Source: Piedraia hortae CBS 480.64 (Eukaryota). Taken from it: a stretch of DNA of 29,081 nt. How positions within the stretch are numbered: the first letter of the stretch is position 1; every line of letters starts with the position of its first letter. Made by a program: the position numbers and the translations under genes. The stretch is taken from NCBI GenBank assembly GCA_010093745.1, contig MU005984.1, forward strand, positions 186,001 to 215,081. The letters run 5' to 3'. The notes under the pieces were generated by a model that was not told the origin of the DNA, searched no databases, and saw nothing but the letters and a program-made list of their open reading frames with translations. Below, piece after piece: positions 20,166 through 29,081 of the stretch.

Positions 20166-21941
20166 CTAGAAAAAGTGCGTGTGCGGCTTGCTCATCTCGT
20201 GAACCTCCATTTCCTGCATCTGTTAGCAAGAGAGTAGGGACGATGGCAGAGGACTCACCATCTTGAAGGTGTTCAACTCCTCTTTAATCTGCTGCGCCAA
20301 GGTCGGCGTCAGCCTATTGCACGTAGCGATCTCGCCACGTCGATCATATTCAGACGACGACCAAACATCATGAAATTGGATCCGTGGACTAAACGAGATC
20401 GATCGTCCACTCCCGCACGGCGTACCGGGCATGCTGCGCATCGACACTGTGGCCTGGAGTCTGGCGCTGAAGTAATCACCGTTGAAGCTCACGCTGCGTC
20501 GCTGCATGCCAGTTGGTGTCCCCGGCACGCTAAGCCCGGGACTTTCAGCATCGGCTGGCTGGATCACTGGCGAGCCAGCTGGCGACGACGTCGTAGAACG
20601 CTTGAGGATGCCCTTGCGCACTGCCGTCAGCACTTCAAGGCGATCTCTATCACCTCCCACAATGCTGCGTCGCACGTGCGGCTCTTCGTTGCTGCTTCTC
20701 TCCAGCGAGTTACTCTCCAGACGCGGAAAGCCCGTCACGCCTCCAGTCCGGTCGGCCACATCGGCGTTTACGTTGACTTGTGCTCGCTCAGCCTCCACCG
20801 TAACTCTCGATACCTGAGCTGCGCTGGGCTGTACCGCACCGAGCTGAGCCGGCCCATCGGCTGCCGGCACGCCAATTACGCTCTTGGGACGAAACAAACC
20901 CTTGATGCTACGAGCGCTCTTCTTCGCGCCGCGGCCCATCTTGCGTAACATCATCGACGCCGAAGATGCTGTCGACGAGATTGACAAGTTGTCCATTGAC
21001 CCAGCAAAACCCCCTTGGCCCGAGTAGATGCCAGCTCCTATTCCAGCGGCTTCTTGACGTCGTGCAATTTCCTGCTGTTCGGCATCCAGTTCATCGTCGG
21101 CCTCCCCAGTAATAGTAGATGGGGCCTCGTTGGCCTGACGGAGTTGGGCGTTGCCGCTGAGAGAAAATGCGCGACGCAGTCGAGACTTGACCCCGCGACC
21201 ATGTGCCGGCTCGGCGGTGCTTGTTGGCTGTCTGCCAGCCGCGACGGACGCATATGTCCGGGCCGGTAGCGACGTTGGCTGCGCATTATCGGGCTGAACA
21301 GCTGCTCTGGAGAGCGGTGACGAGGCCAAACGACGATTGGGATCTGAATATCCACGGGGAGGAACGGCTATGCCGGCCTCATGAGCAGAAACGGGTGCCG
21401 TGTCGTCAGTAGCTAAAGATGCTCTGGACGAGCTTGTCGGCGTTCCTCTACGGTACCTCTTGGTGGAGTCATGCTCTTTCCGCCGCTCAAGGGCAGTGTC
21501 AGCGCTGCTTGGTCTTGCAACTACAGGATCGGTAAGGGGCGGTGGCATGGACGCATTAGGGGTGGGACTAGAGGAGTCTGCACGTTTGGGCGGCGGCCGT
21601 CGATATCGGTCAGGTGAAGCTTTTGGCTGCTGAACGTCGAAGGGAGCAAATGAAAGATCAGGTAATTGCGGAGAGAGGTTAATAAGTGTCTCTGGACGAG
21701 AGACCGTCGCCGATTCGTCCTTTGCAGACGGCACGGGCGAGCCTTCGGTGAAGGATGTAGACTTGCGGGTTTCTTGGCGGAGTTGGGGAGTGCTTTGGAA
21801 AGCATACGGTTTGACTGGGGGCTGACTGTTGGACGCTCCCCGTGACGGCTGCGAGTATTGCGATAACGTGTCGGCCGATGACGGTCGCACCATCGTCATT
21901 GGGCCAGAAGACTGTACGGTAGCGGTAAGCACGTCGGCCAT
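20166..21941 (-). CDS. BNI4: Bni4-like bud-neck/septin scaffold and PP1-targeting protein, 576 aa; complement(join(20166..20213,20259..21941))
   Basis: Low-complexity S/P-rich body. C-terminus RSISFSPRIQFHDVWSSSEYDRRG...CNRLTPTLAQQIKEELNTFKM/EMEVHEMSKPHTHFF* follows a 45-nt intron at 20214-20258 (GTGAGT..GCTAAC..CAG). RKGILK and RxxF-type PP1 motifs are present. Confidence 0.85.
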
Positions 21942-23179
21942 GGGGCGTCAACTGTCAACTGTCAATGTCGGTCCGTACGTGGGCAGCGAAGCACGAACAT
22001 GTGTGTAGCAACGGCTGACTGGCCGTCGAGCCGCGCGCAGGGTAAAGTCAAGCCGACATGCGGCGAAGGGGTATGATAGCGGCGCGGGGGTCGGGGGTGG
22101 AAGTTGTTGTAGTGGTGGTTCCTGGCGGAGGGCAGGGGGTGGCCTCGGCGAGGGGGAGATTACAGGGAGAATATGTTGGGTCACGATGCGGTGATGGGAA
22201 TGAAAGAAAAGCGCAGAGCTCGTTCCTGGCCTTACCCAAGCACGACAACTGCCGTTGTGGAAGCGTGATCAACGAGTTCAGGCCAAACGCAATCTTCAAT
22301 TCCCTTTTGCCCGTGTGCGCGGAAGGGGTTGTAACGCTACGCCGCAACCGGCTAGCCAGCCTGCTGCAAAACCCTTTTAAGGGAATCACGTGCCGAGCTG
22401 TCCAGTCGAAGCAGATCATATCGAAGATGGGCCAATAAAATGTCAATCAATCTGCCGAATTGACAATCAATCCCCACCAAATGCTCTTCAACGTTTCACA
22501 CTCGCCCCCGGGAGATCTCCCCCGGCCCGGACCCGTGGCAACATATGCCCCTCCGCCACTGAGGCGCTCACCACTCACTCCCAGTCAGAGACCCAGGATG
22601 CAACACGCATAACAGTATGCAAGCTCTAAATATCTTTGTTCACAAACACCACAATCCCGACCATGCACGTCGTTTTTTAGGCGACTGCCACACTCTCTGC
22701 ATGCATTCGTTGCTGTATCTGGTTAACTTTAAGTAGCCTCTTTGTTGTAGCTAGCCACCGGAGATTTGTGCAATAAGTAGTCTGCTGGGAATGCAAGCGA
22801 TAATCAGAAACGAAACAGTCAAACATCAGCTATTGCTGAACCGACTCTGAACGAACATCCCAGCCAGGCATTGTGATCGGGCTCTGGTGGCAGGGAAATG
22901 TGAATAGCTTCCACTGATATTCTCCACGTACCGTGTGGCAGCCACGCAAAGCTCATCTAAGCCTGGAGAAGTTAATCAATATGTACACAGAGGATGGGAG
23001 CGACGAAGCTGTCATAATCGACGCCACATACGGGTTGATAAGTACAATCACGAATACGAAGTGTGATTGGCTCGGGGGTGCCGCCCCAATACCGCGCGGA
23101 TCGTTTCCGTGCAAAGCTCCCGGCCCCTTGAGAGAAAACAACAACATCCCTCAATAGAATCTTTTCCATCTCCAGCATC

Positions 23180-24175
23180 ATGGCATCTGGCACCGCCACC
23201 CCACCACCTACATCCACCGGCAGCACTAAGATTGATGCGCTGAAGCAGACAGTGCAGGCCGCAGCGAATCCTCAGCAGCTGTCGGGATTTGCTCTCTACT
23301 CCCGTTTTGCCTTTGCGGGAGCTGTGTGCTGTTCTGTGACGCACGGCTGCTTGACGCCTGTCGATGTCGTCAAGACGCGCATCCAATTGGACCCGGCCAC
23401 GTACAACCGCGGCCTTGTAGGCGGGTTTCGTCAAGTGATACAGAAGGAGGGCGCTGGAGCTCTGCTTACCGGGGCTGGACCGACGTTCGCCGGCTACTTT
23501 TTGCAGGGTGCGTTCAAATTTGGTGGATACGAGTTCTTCAAGCAACAATCAATCTCACTACTTGGCTATGAAACTGCGTCCCAGAACCGCACTGCTGTCT
23601 ACCTTGCCTCGTCGGCCTTGGCCGAGTTCTTCGCCGACATCGCCCTCTGCCCTCTCGAAGCCACACGCATCCGACTCGTGTCCGACCCTGGCTTCGCCAA
23701 CGGTCTGATGAGCGGCTTCGGCAAAATTGCAAGTCAGGAAGGCATCGGCGGTTTTTACTCGGGCTTCGGACCTATTCTCTTCAAGCAGGTGCCGTACACA
23801 ATGGCCAAGTTTGTCGTCTACGAGAAAGTGGCCGAGATGGTGTACAACAACTGGGTCGACAAGTCAAAGGCGTCGCCCGGCACCAACACTGCCATCAACC
23901 TCGGCTCTGGCCTTGTTGCTGGCTTTGCCGCTGCCATTGTGTCGCAACCCGCCGACACGATGCTCTCTAAGATCAATAAGACAAAGGGTTTACCGGGCGA
24001 GAGCACCACCAGTCGCCTGATCAAGATTGCCAAGGAGCTTGGTCTGCGCGGATCTTTTGGCGGCATTGGCGCGCGTTTGTTCATGGTAGGCACTCTGACG
24101 GCGGGCCAGTTTGCCATTTACGGCGATATCAAACGGGCCATAGGCGCCGTTGGCGGAGTGGAGATCGCAAAATAG
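23180..24175 (+). CDS. MIR1: Mitochondrial phosphate carrier, intronless
   Basis: Three PxD/ExxK/R carrier signatures ([24 protein letters not shown]) and PiC-specific motifs [21 protein letters not shown] and [16 protein letters not shown] box on the minus strand (TGATTGGCT, 23064-23072) lies upstream. Confidence 0.95.
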   Translation: MASGTATPPPTSTGSTKIDALKQTVQAAANPQQLSGFALYSRFAFAGAVCCSVTHGCLTPVDVVKTRIQLDPATYNRGLVGGFRQVIQKEGAGALLTGAGPTFAGYFLQGAFKFGGYEFFKQQSISLLGYETASQNRTAVYLASSALAEFFADIALCPLEATRIRLVSDPGFANGLMSGFGKIASQEGIGGFYSGFGPILFKQVPYTMAKFVVYEKVAEMVYNNWVDKSKASPGTNTAINLGSGLVAGFAAAIVSQPADTMLSKINKTKGLPGESTTSRLIKIAKELGLRGSFGGIGARLFMVGTLTAGQFAIYGDIKRAIGAVGGVEIAK

Positions 24176-24279
24176 AGAGTGTGTACACTAACTATTCTTG
24201 CCTGTGGGCTACCTCGGCATCTTATGATCCGAGGCCATCTTGTAGAATAGCGAGTCCGTTTTTCCTCTGTTCCACTAAA

Positions 24280-25227
24280 ATGTCGGCTCAAGCAGACGTA
24301 GAGCTGAGAAACTTTGACCGCATATTCCGTCTCGACGGGAAGGTGGCTGTGGTCACGGGTGGCAGCCGTGGACTGGGTCTGCATGCCGCGTCGGGGTACG
24401 CCAAACCCTGAGAGGAGAGGACGAAATGTCACCGGGACTGATTCTAACGCTGACAGGCTACTTCAATCCGGCTGTTCACTCGTTTTCATCACGTCGCGGA
24501 AAAAGACGGCGTGTGAAGAGGCGTGTGCAGCCCTCAATGCCCTGGGCACGTCGGGCAAGGCCATATCGGTCCCCGCCGACTTGGCCATGCCCAGCGAGAT
24601 CGATCGGCTGGTGGCTGCCGTCAGCAAACACACAGCCCACGTCGACATTCTCCTGGCAAACGCAGGTGCGACCTGGGGATCGCCCTTCGACAAGCACCCG
24701 GAAAGCGCATTTGCCAAGGTCATGGATCTAAACGTAAAGAGCGTTTTCTTATCCGTGCAAAGGTAAACTACCCCTTCTCCCATGCTGTTTACATGCATCT
24801 GACGAATAGGTTCGCTCCTCTTCTACGCAAACGCGCAACCTTGGAGGATCCGTCTCGCGTGGTCATCACAGCATCTGTTGCCGGCATCGGCGTCGGTGCC
24901 ATTGGCGAGCACGCAACTTTTGGCTACTCGGCTAGCAAAGCTGCTGCTCTGTCGCTGGCACGAAACCTTTCTGCCGAACTGGGCCCTCAGCATATCCTAA
25001 CCACAGCCATTGCACCGGGATTTTTTCCAACCAAAATGGCCAATGGTCTACTGGAAATGTCTGGCGGAGCACAGCGACTGGCCGAGGCGACGCCCAATGG
25101 CCGTCTAGGCACTGCCGACGATTTTGCCGCCACTGTTGTCTACCTTTGCAGCCGCGCTGGCGGCCACGTGAATGGCTCCTACATTGTACTTGATGGCGGG
25201 AATCTGTACGCCAACTCCAGACTATGA
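24280..25227 (+). CDS. Short-chain dehydrogenase/reductase (RhlG-like) with C-terminal PTS1 -SRL, 279 aa; join(24280..24395,24457..24762,24810..25227)
   Basis: Rossmann motif TGGSRGLG, ANAG, catalytic Ser in TASVAG, YSASK and IAPGFFPT. Introns 24396-24456 and 24763-24809. Confidence 0.92.
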
Positions 25228-25297
25228 CGTGCCGTTCTGACGGACAATGTATGATCTTCACTACAATTTGGTCCTGCTTGGCATCTGTTCGAAAGTA

Positions 25298-26779
25298 TCA
25301 ACGGGACGATAAGTGTATGGAGTTCTGCATGAACCGACTTTTCTCTCTAAACCATTGCCCTTTCCACATAAACACCACTGGAGCCGCCCCGAGTAGCAGA
25401 GCCAGAAGAGCCAACAGTGTACTGGCCCAGTGATAACCCAATCGCGTGTAAAGGCTCTGTGACGCTAGAGGGAGGAAAGCAGCAAAGATGTTCTCACCAC
25501 ATGCTACCGCGCTGACAGCAGATGCCGCGTAACCTGACGCAGCATAGGCATCGGTAACGTAGTCCGTTACCGCCGTGACCACCACCTGTATACCGAACCC
25601 GACCAAGGTCAAACCGACTGCCGGTGCCACCCATATTATGTTGGGGCTGCTCGTCCATGCGTATACTAGCATTCCACCCACAATGCCACCAAAAGAAGCC
25701 CACACACTGTGGTACAACCTGGCTTCGAGTACTGGTTGGCCTGGGGTCTCCATGTTGCTCCGTGCGGATCTGAGGTAAATACGCACACTAGACAGAGACA
25801 AACACCATCCCAATAGCTCACCAATCACTACCGCTGCTTGCACGTAGCCAGTCCCATATGTCCATCCGTAGAGCCCGCCAAAGACTTGTGTGACGGATTG
25901 AGTAAACAAAAAGACCGTGCCAAAACTAAACGCCGACCAAAGCGTGCTCGCAAAGAGCACTGGCTCCGTCATCAGTAGATATATCGGCCGCTTTATTGAA
26001 CGTAGCAACCGCGTTCTAGCAGACAGTTCATTTGCAGTTACCGCGTAGATTCTTTCCCCCGTTTCTTTGCGAATTTGCTTCGCTCGCTCCTCTAAGATGA
26101 CACTTGCTCTTGTTTCCCTGATCAGAAAGTAGAAAAAGGGGAAACAGGCTCCGTAGATGATCAGCTGTATGATAAATATCCAGCGCCAATTGCGTGTATG
26201 CTGCATAACACCAGTAAACAGAGGCGGGCCAATGGTAGTTCCTCCCAGGTACATTAAAATGTAGAGTCCGACTGGAAAGCTGCGAGCGCGGTCATCCTCC
26301 CAAAGATCTGGGATAACGCTAGCAATGATGTTGGCCAACAAACTCACACATCCACCGCTCAAGAATCTTGTCACTAATAACGTGGTAAAATTTTTAGCCA
26401 CAGCTTGCGGAATTACCATTAGAAAAAACAAGCAGTAAGTTGCAAGGAAACCAATACAGATGCCCGTATCTTCTATCATTGGAAGCCCAATGATGATGAA
26501 AGCAGCACCGCCCAGGCTCCAACTTGTTACGGGCCAGAAGCTATGGGAAAAATACGCTGAATCATGGATGTGGAATTCCTTGTTAATCTCCGTGGCCGCT
26601 ACCGTTACAGACGTGCCATTGAGCGACACGATAAAAGTTGAGAAGAGTGCAGCTCCAGCAACAGTCCATTTTCGTGCGCTGCTCCAGTTATACGGGTTCC
26701 CAAGGTCGCCTTCTCCATCCCAATCCAAAACCTTGACTCTCTCCTCCACGCCGTCGAGAGAAGTTACCATGATTTCCAT
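25298..26779 (-). CDS. MFS drug:H+ antiporter (DHA1-type) transporter, intronless; start uncertain (ATG 26830, 26779 or 26770)
   Basis: DWDGEGDLGNPYNWSSARKW motif, about 12 hydrophobic segments, WRWIF, RET, EP and EARL motifs, and YVTDAY..YAASA. Confidence 0.9.
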   Translation of the reverse strand: MEIMVTSLDGVEERVKVLDWDGEGDLGNPYNWSSARKWTVAGAALFSTFIVSLNGTSVTVAATEINKEFHIHDSAYFSHSFWPVTSWSLGGAAFIIIGLPMIEDTGICIGFLATYCLFFLMVIPQAVAKNFTTLLVTRFLSGGCVSLLANIIASVIPDLWEDDRARSFPVGLYILMYLGGTTIGPPLFTGVMQHTRNWRWIFIIQLIIYGACFPFFYFLIRETRASVILEERAKQIRKETGERIYAVTANELSARTRLLRSIKRPIYLLMTEPVLFASTLWSAFSFGTVFLFTQSVTQVFGGLYGWTYGTGYVQAAVVIGELLGWCLSLSSVRIYLRSARSNMETPGQPVLEARLYHSVWASFGGIVGGMLVYAWTSSPNIIWVAPAVGLTLVGFGIQVVVTAVTDYVTDAYAASGYAASAVSAVACGENIFAAFLPLASQSLYTRLGYHWASTLLALLALLLGAAPVVFMWKGQWFREKSRFMQNSIHLSSR

Positions 26780-27121
26780 GCAAAGTCGTGTGGTAATTGA
26801 ACAATCTAAAAAGCTCTGACAAGAGGACATGAGACTACGATAGCGAGGCAATGACCTGCCGAGTCAATGACTTTTCGTCACAGCGTTACTCAATGTCCCG
26901 GTTGGTCTTGACGTTGAAGAGACAGTTGAATCACTGACAGTGATGGCTCAGTGGCGCAAGAGATCAAGACGTGATGAGACAGTATATGGGTCGAGATGAT
27001 GGAGATGTTGTGTGGATGATGGCGTGGTGAGAAGGAGAGGATGGAGAAATAAGAAAGGAGATAAGAGGGAAATGATGAATATTGCTCTCCACTCGTCTTA
27101 TGTACCTTCCCGATAAGAATT

Positions 27122-27718
27122 ATGTCGTCATATCACAACCGGCTTAAGACCGCCGCACGGAATCCTTTCCGCTCTGCGCCATCATCATCTCAGCATGCGC
27201 CTATGGGAACAAACATGCGCACACGCGGTAGCCTGACTAAGGACGAGGAGTTGAATGAGGCGGCATGGATAGCTGTGCGTGGCGCAACTGTTGGAGCACT
27301 GAAGGTATAGATGTTACGGTCAAGGCACAATAGAGCCAAAAATGACTCGTCGAATTTAGTGGGGTGCATTGTGTGCTGGCGTTGCAGTTATTGCTCAAGC
27401 TGCAAGTCCCGTCTATCGAGGCCTTACAGTGCAGTTCAAGACGTAAGTACTTGTACACGATGCGAAGCCGCAGAGATCGAAGAATATCCGAAGGGGCATT
27501 CATGTTGAACTGACCATGTTGACAGCTTTCTTCAGCTTAGTGGTATGGTGGTCGGCGGCTCTATCAGTGCTGAACGTAATCTGCATTGGCACGCTGTCAA
27601 CCAGCGTCGCAAGAAGCAAGCAGCTGTCGAGTCTGAAGCCTTGTTAAGATACCACGACGATTATATCAATAAGGCCGCTGATGTCCGCTTGCAAAGCCAG
27701 AAAAACTCGAAGTCTTGA
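27122..27718 (+). CDS. Small conserved fungal two-TM membrane protein, up to 152 aa; join(27122..27304,27360..27442,27526..27718)
   Basis: Spliced product ...EELNEAAWIAVRGATVGALK/WGALCAGVAVIAQAASPVYRGLTVQFKT/FLQLSGMVVGGSISAE...; GT-AG introns of 55 and 83 nt. The motif SPVYRGLTxQFK-FLQxSG is familiar from a conserved uncharacterised ascomycete family. Start uncertain. Confidence 0.8.
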
Positions 27719-29081
27719 CACATCATCTTGTGCCATGTCTAATCGGCATGCACGGGATGTCTTACTATCTTCCACGACAGAACTGTATAAATATAATTAT
27801 TTGGCCTGCCTAAGTATTCCGCCGGAATTCAATGTCATATTCCTAGCACAATAACCCAATCAACCACTGGGTAGTTTATCTAAAAATAGGATCCAAATTT
27901 CCAGTAGTTGATTGAGGCCTTTGGTGAGTGGTTGATTGACCGATCTCGGCGGATCGAAACGAAACTTTGGGAGGTGATAGAGGGCGACGAGACGAGCAGG
28001 AGGCACCACTTTTTATCGAAATTGGTCAAGAAGTTGACTGGTTTTTGGGGGAAGGCGAGTTGGGTGGCAAAAGCAAACAACCACTTAACAAAATCGCTCA
28101 AAATCACAGAGTGGGTCTTTCTGGTGTGCAGGAACACGTTCTAGAGATTTAGAAGCGGTAGGCCAAATAGTCGTGGCGATACAGGGGTGGGTTATGGCTC
28201 ACGACCTACGTCATGCGGAAGGGCCCGGTCCGTCGACGGCCCGAGACTAGTGGCCCCACTCTGCAGCACACACTCAGGTGGCACTGGCTTTTCTTTTCTC
28301 TTCTTCATGCATTGTTCTCCGTCTACATAGGGCCTACGCAGTCCTCTCGTCCATAGCCCATTGCTTTTAGCCTCTCACCCTTGTCTGTCATCGATCCCTC
28401 GACCCCGACCCCTCGTCTCGAGCCTCGTGACGTGACTGGGGTTTGGGTGGTGTAAGTGATTTTTTTTGAAACAAAGTTGTGTAAGAGACAGCTTTTATAG
28501 GGTAATGTGAGGCACAAAAATCGACATGGAAAGTGTCAAGCTTGTGGGATTGGAATTAGCATTAGAGTTGGCGACGGGTTTTGGACAATAAACCGAGAAC
28601 GCTATCTACGAGAAAACTAAGCAAAACACATCATCTGTGGAGTCTCTCGGGACGCAGAGAACAATAGAAGAAGTCTCAAGACCATAGGTTGAAGCCTCAC
28701 CTCGTTGTCAGGGATAACGTAGGGTGGTGTAGTGTCACGACCAATGCTAACAGGGTCCGTGCTCTCTGTAGTAGAGGAAGTGCGCCTAGCAGAATGAGCA
28801 AACATCGGCGGGCCTCCGATGTTTGAAAAAAATGTTTGGTCTAAAAAGACGTCAAAATGATCGTAGAGTGCTCTAGAGTGCATGGAAAGGTGTTTTGGGA
28901 GATTCTGGAGGGGGTCGAAAAAATCCGCCTGCGATGTTTGCTTTCAGTTCGCCTAGGATGTTTGGTTTTTGCTGGACTTGTGGAGGCGAAATTTGAACAG
29001 GGTAATGAGATGGTCCCGATGCAGGTTAGGAAAAAAGTTGAGATGATTCTAGTGGTTGGATGGCGATATAGGCAGGCAGTG

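Noticed and set aside
20214..20222. Alternative acceptor 6 nt upstream in the BNI4 intron
   Set aside because: That CAG overlaps the end of the GCTAAC branch site; the distal CAG gives the expected FKMEMEVH.
27800..29081. Possible telomerase RNA or other long ncRNA in the ORF-poor right end
   Set aside because: I found no TAACCCTAA-type template on either strand and no other diagnostic motif within the window.
1..29081. Secondary-metabolite cluster (TF + SDR + MFS), CRISPR array, tRNA/rRNA genes or an intact transposon
   Set aside because: No backbone enzyme is present and the genes are interleaved with housekeeping loci. I saw no spaced repeats, cloverleaf structures, rRNA, or transposase/RT motifs.

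Overview
Gene-dense eukaryotic DNA from a filamentous ascomycete (Pezizomycotina; Dothideomycete-like is my inference from the protein sequences). Spliceosomal introns are very short, mostly 42-61 nt, with CTRAC/CTAAT branch sites. I support 14 protein-coding genes: a polyQ-containing conserved hypothetical protein (partial), a small secreted Cys protein, an auxin-efflux-carrier-family transporter, the MAPKK PBS2, a Zn2Cys6 transcription factor, an EI24/Rrt8-like membrane protein, glutamate decarboxylase, a conserved coiled-coil hypothetical protein, MRPS9, eEF1B-gamma, a Bni4-like protein, the mitochondrial phosphate carrier MIR1, a PTS1-bearing SDR and a DHA1 MFS transporter. A 15th, small membrane protein gene follows, and several intergenic tracts look like decayed ORFs. 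The most striking element is an 89-nt intervening sequence (12075-12163) in the EI24-like gene. It restores the reading frame only if spliced as a nested [D1,2] spliceosomal twin intron (stwintron) whose inner intron has a GC donor. Also present are an snR38-type box C/D snoRNA in an eEF1B-gamma intron and a speculative in-phase GGGUUUA slippery site in MIR1 whose -1 frame runs uninterrupted into the downstream SDR. All splice models were derived by hand; no database searches were run.
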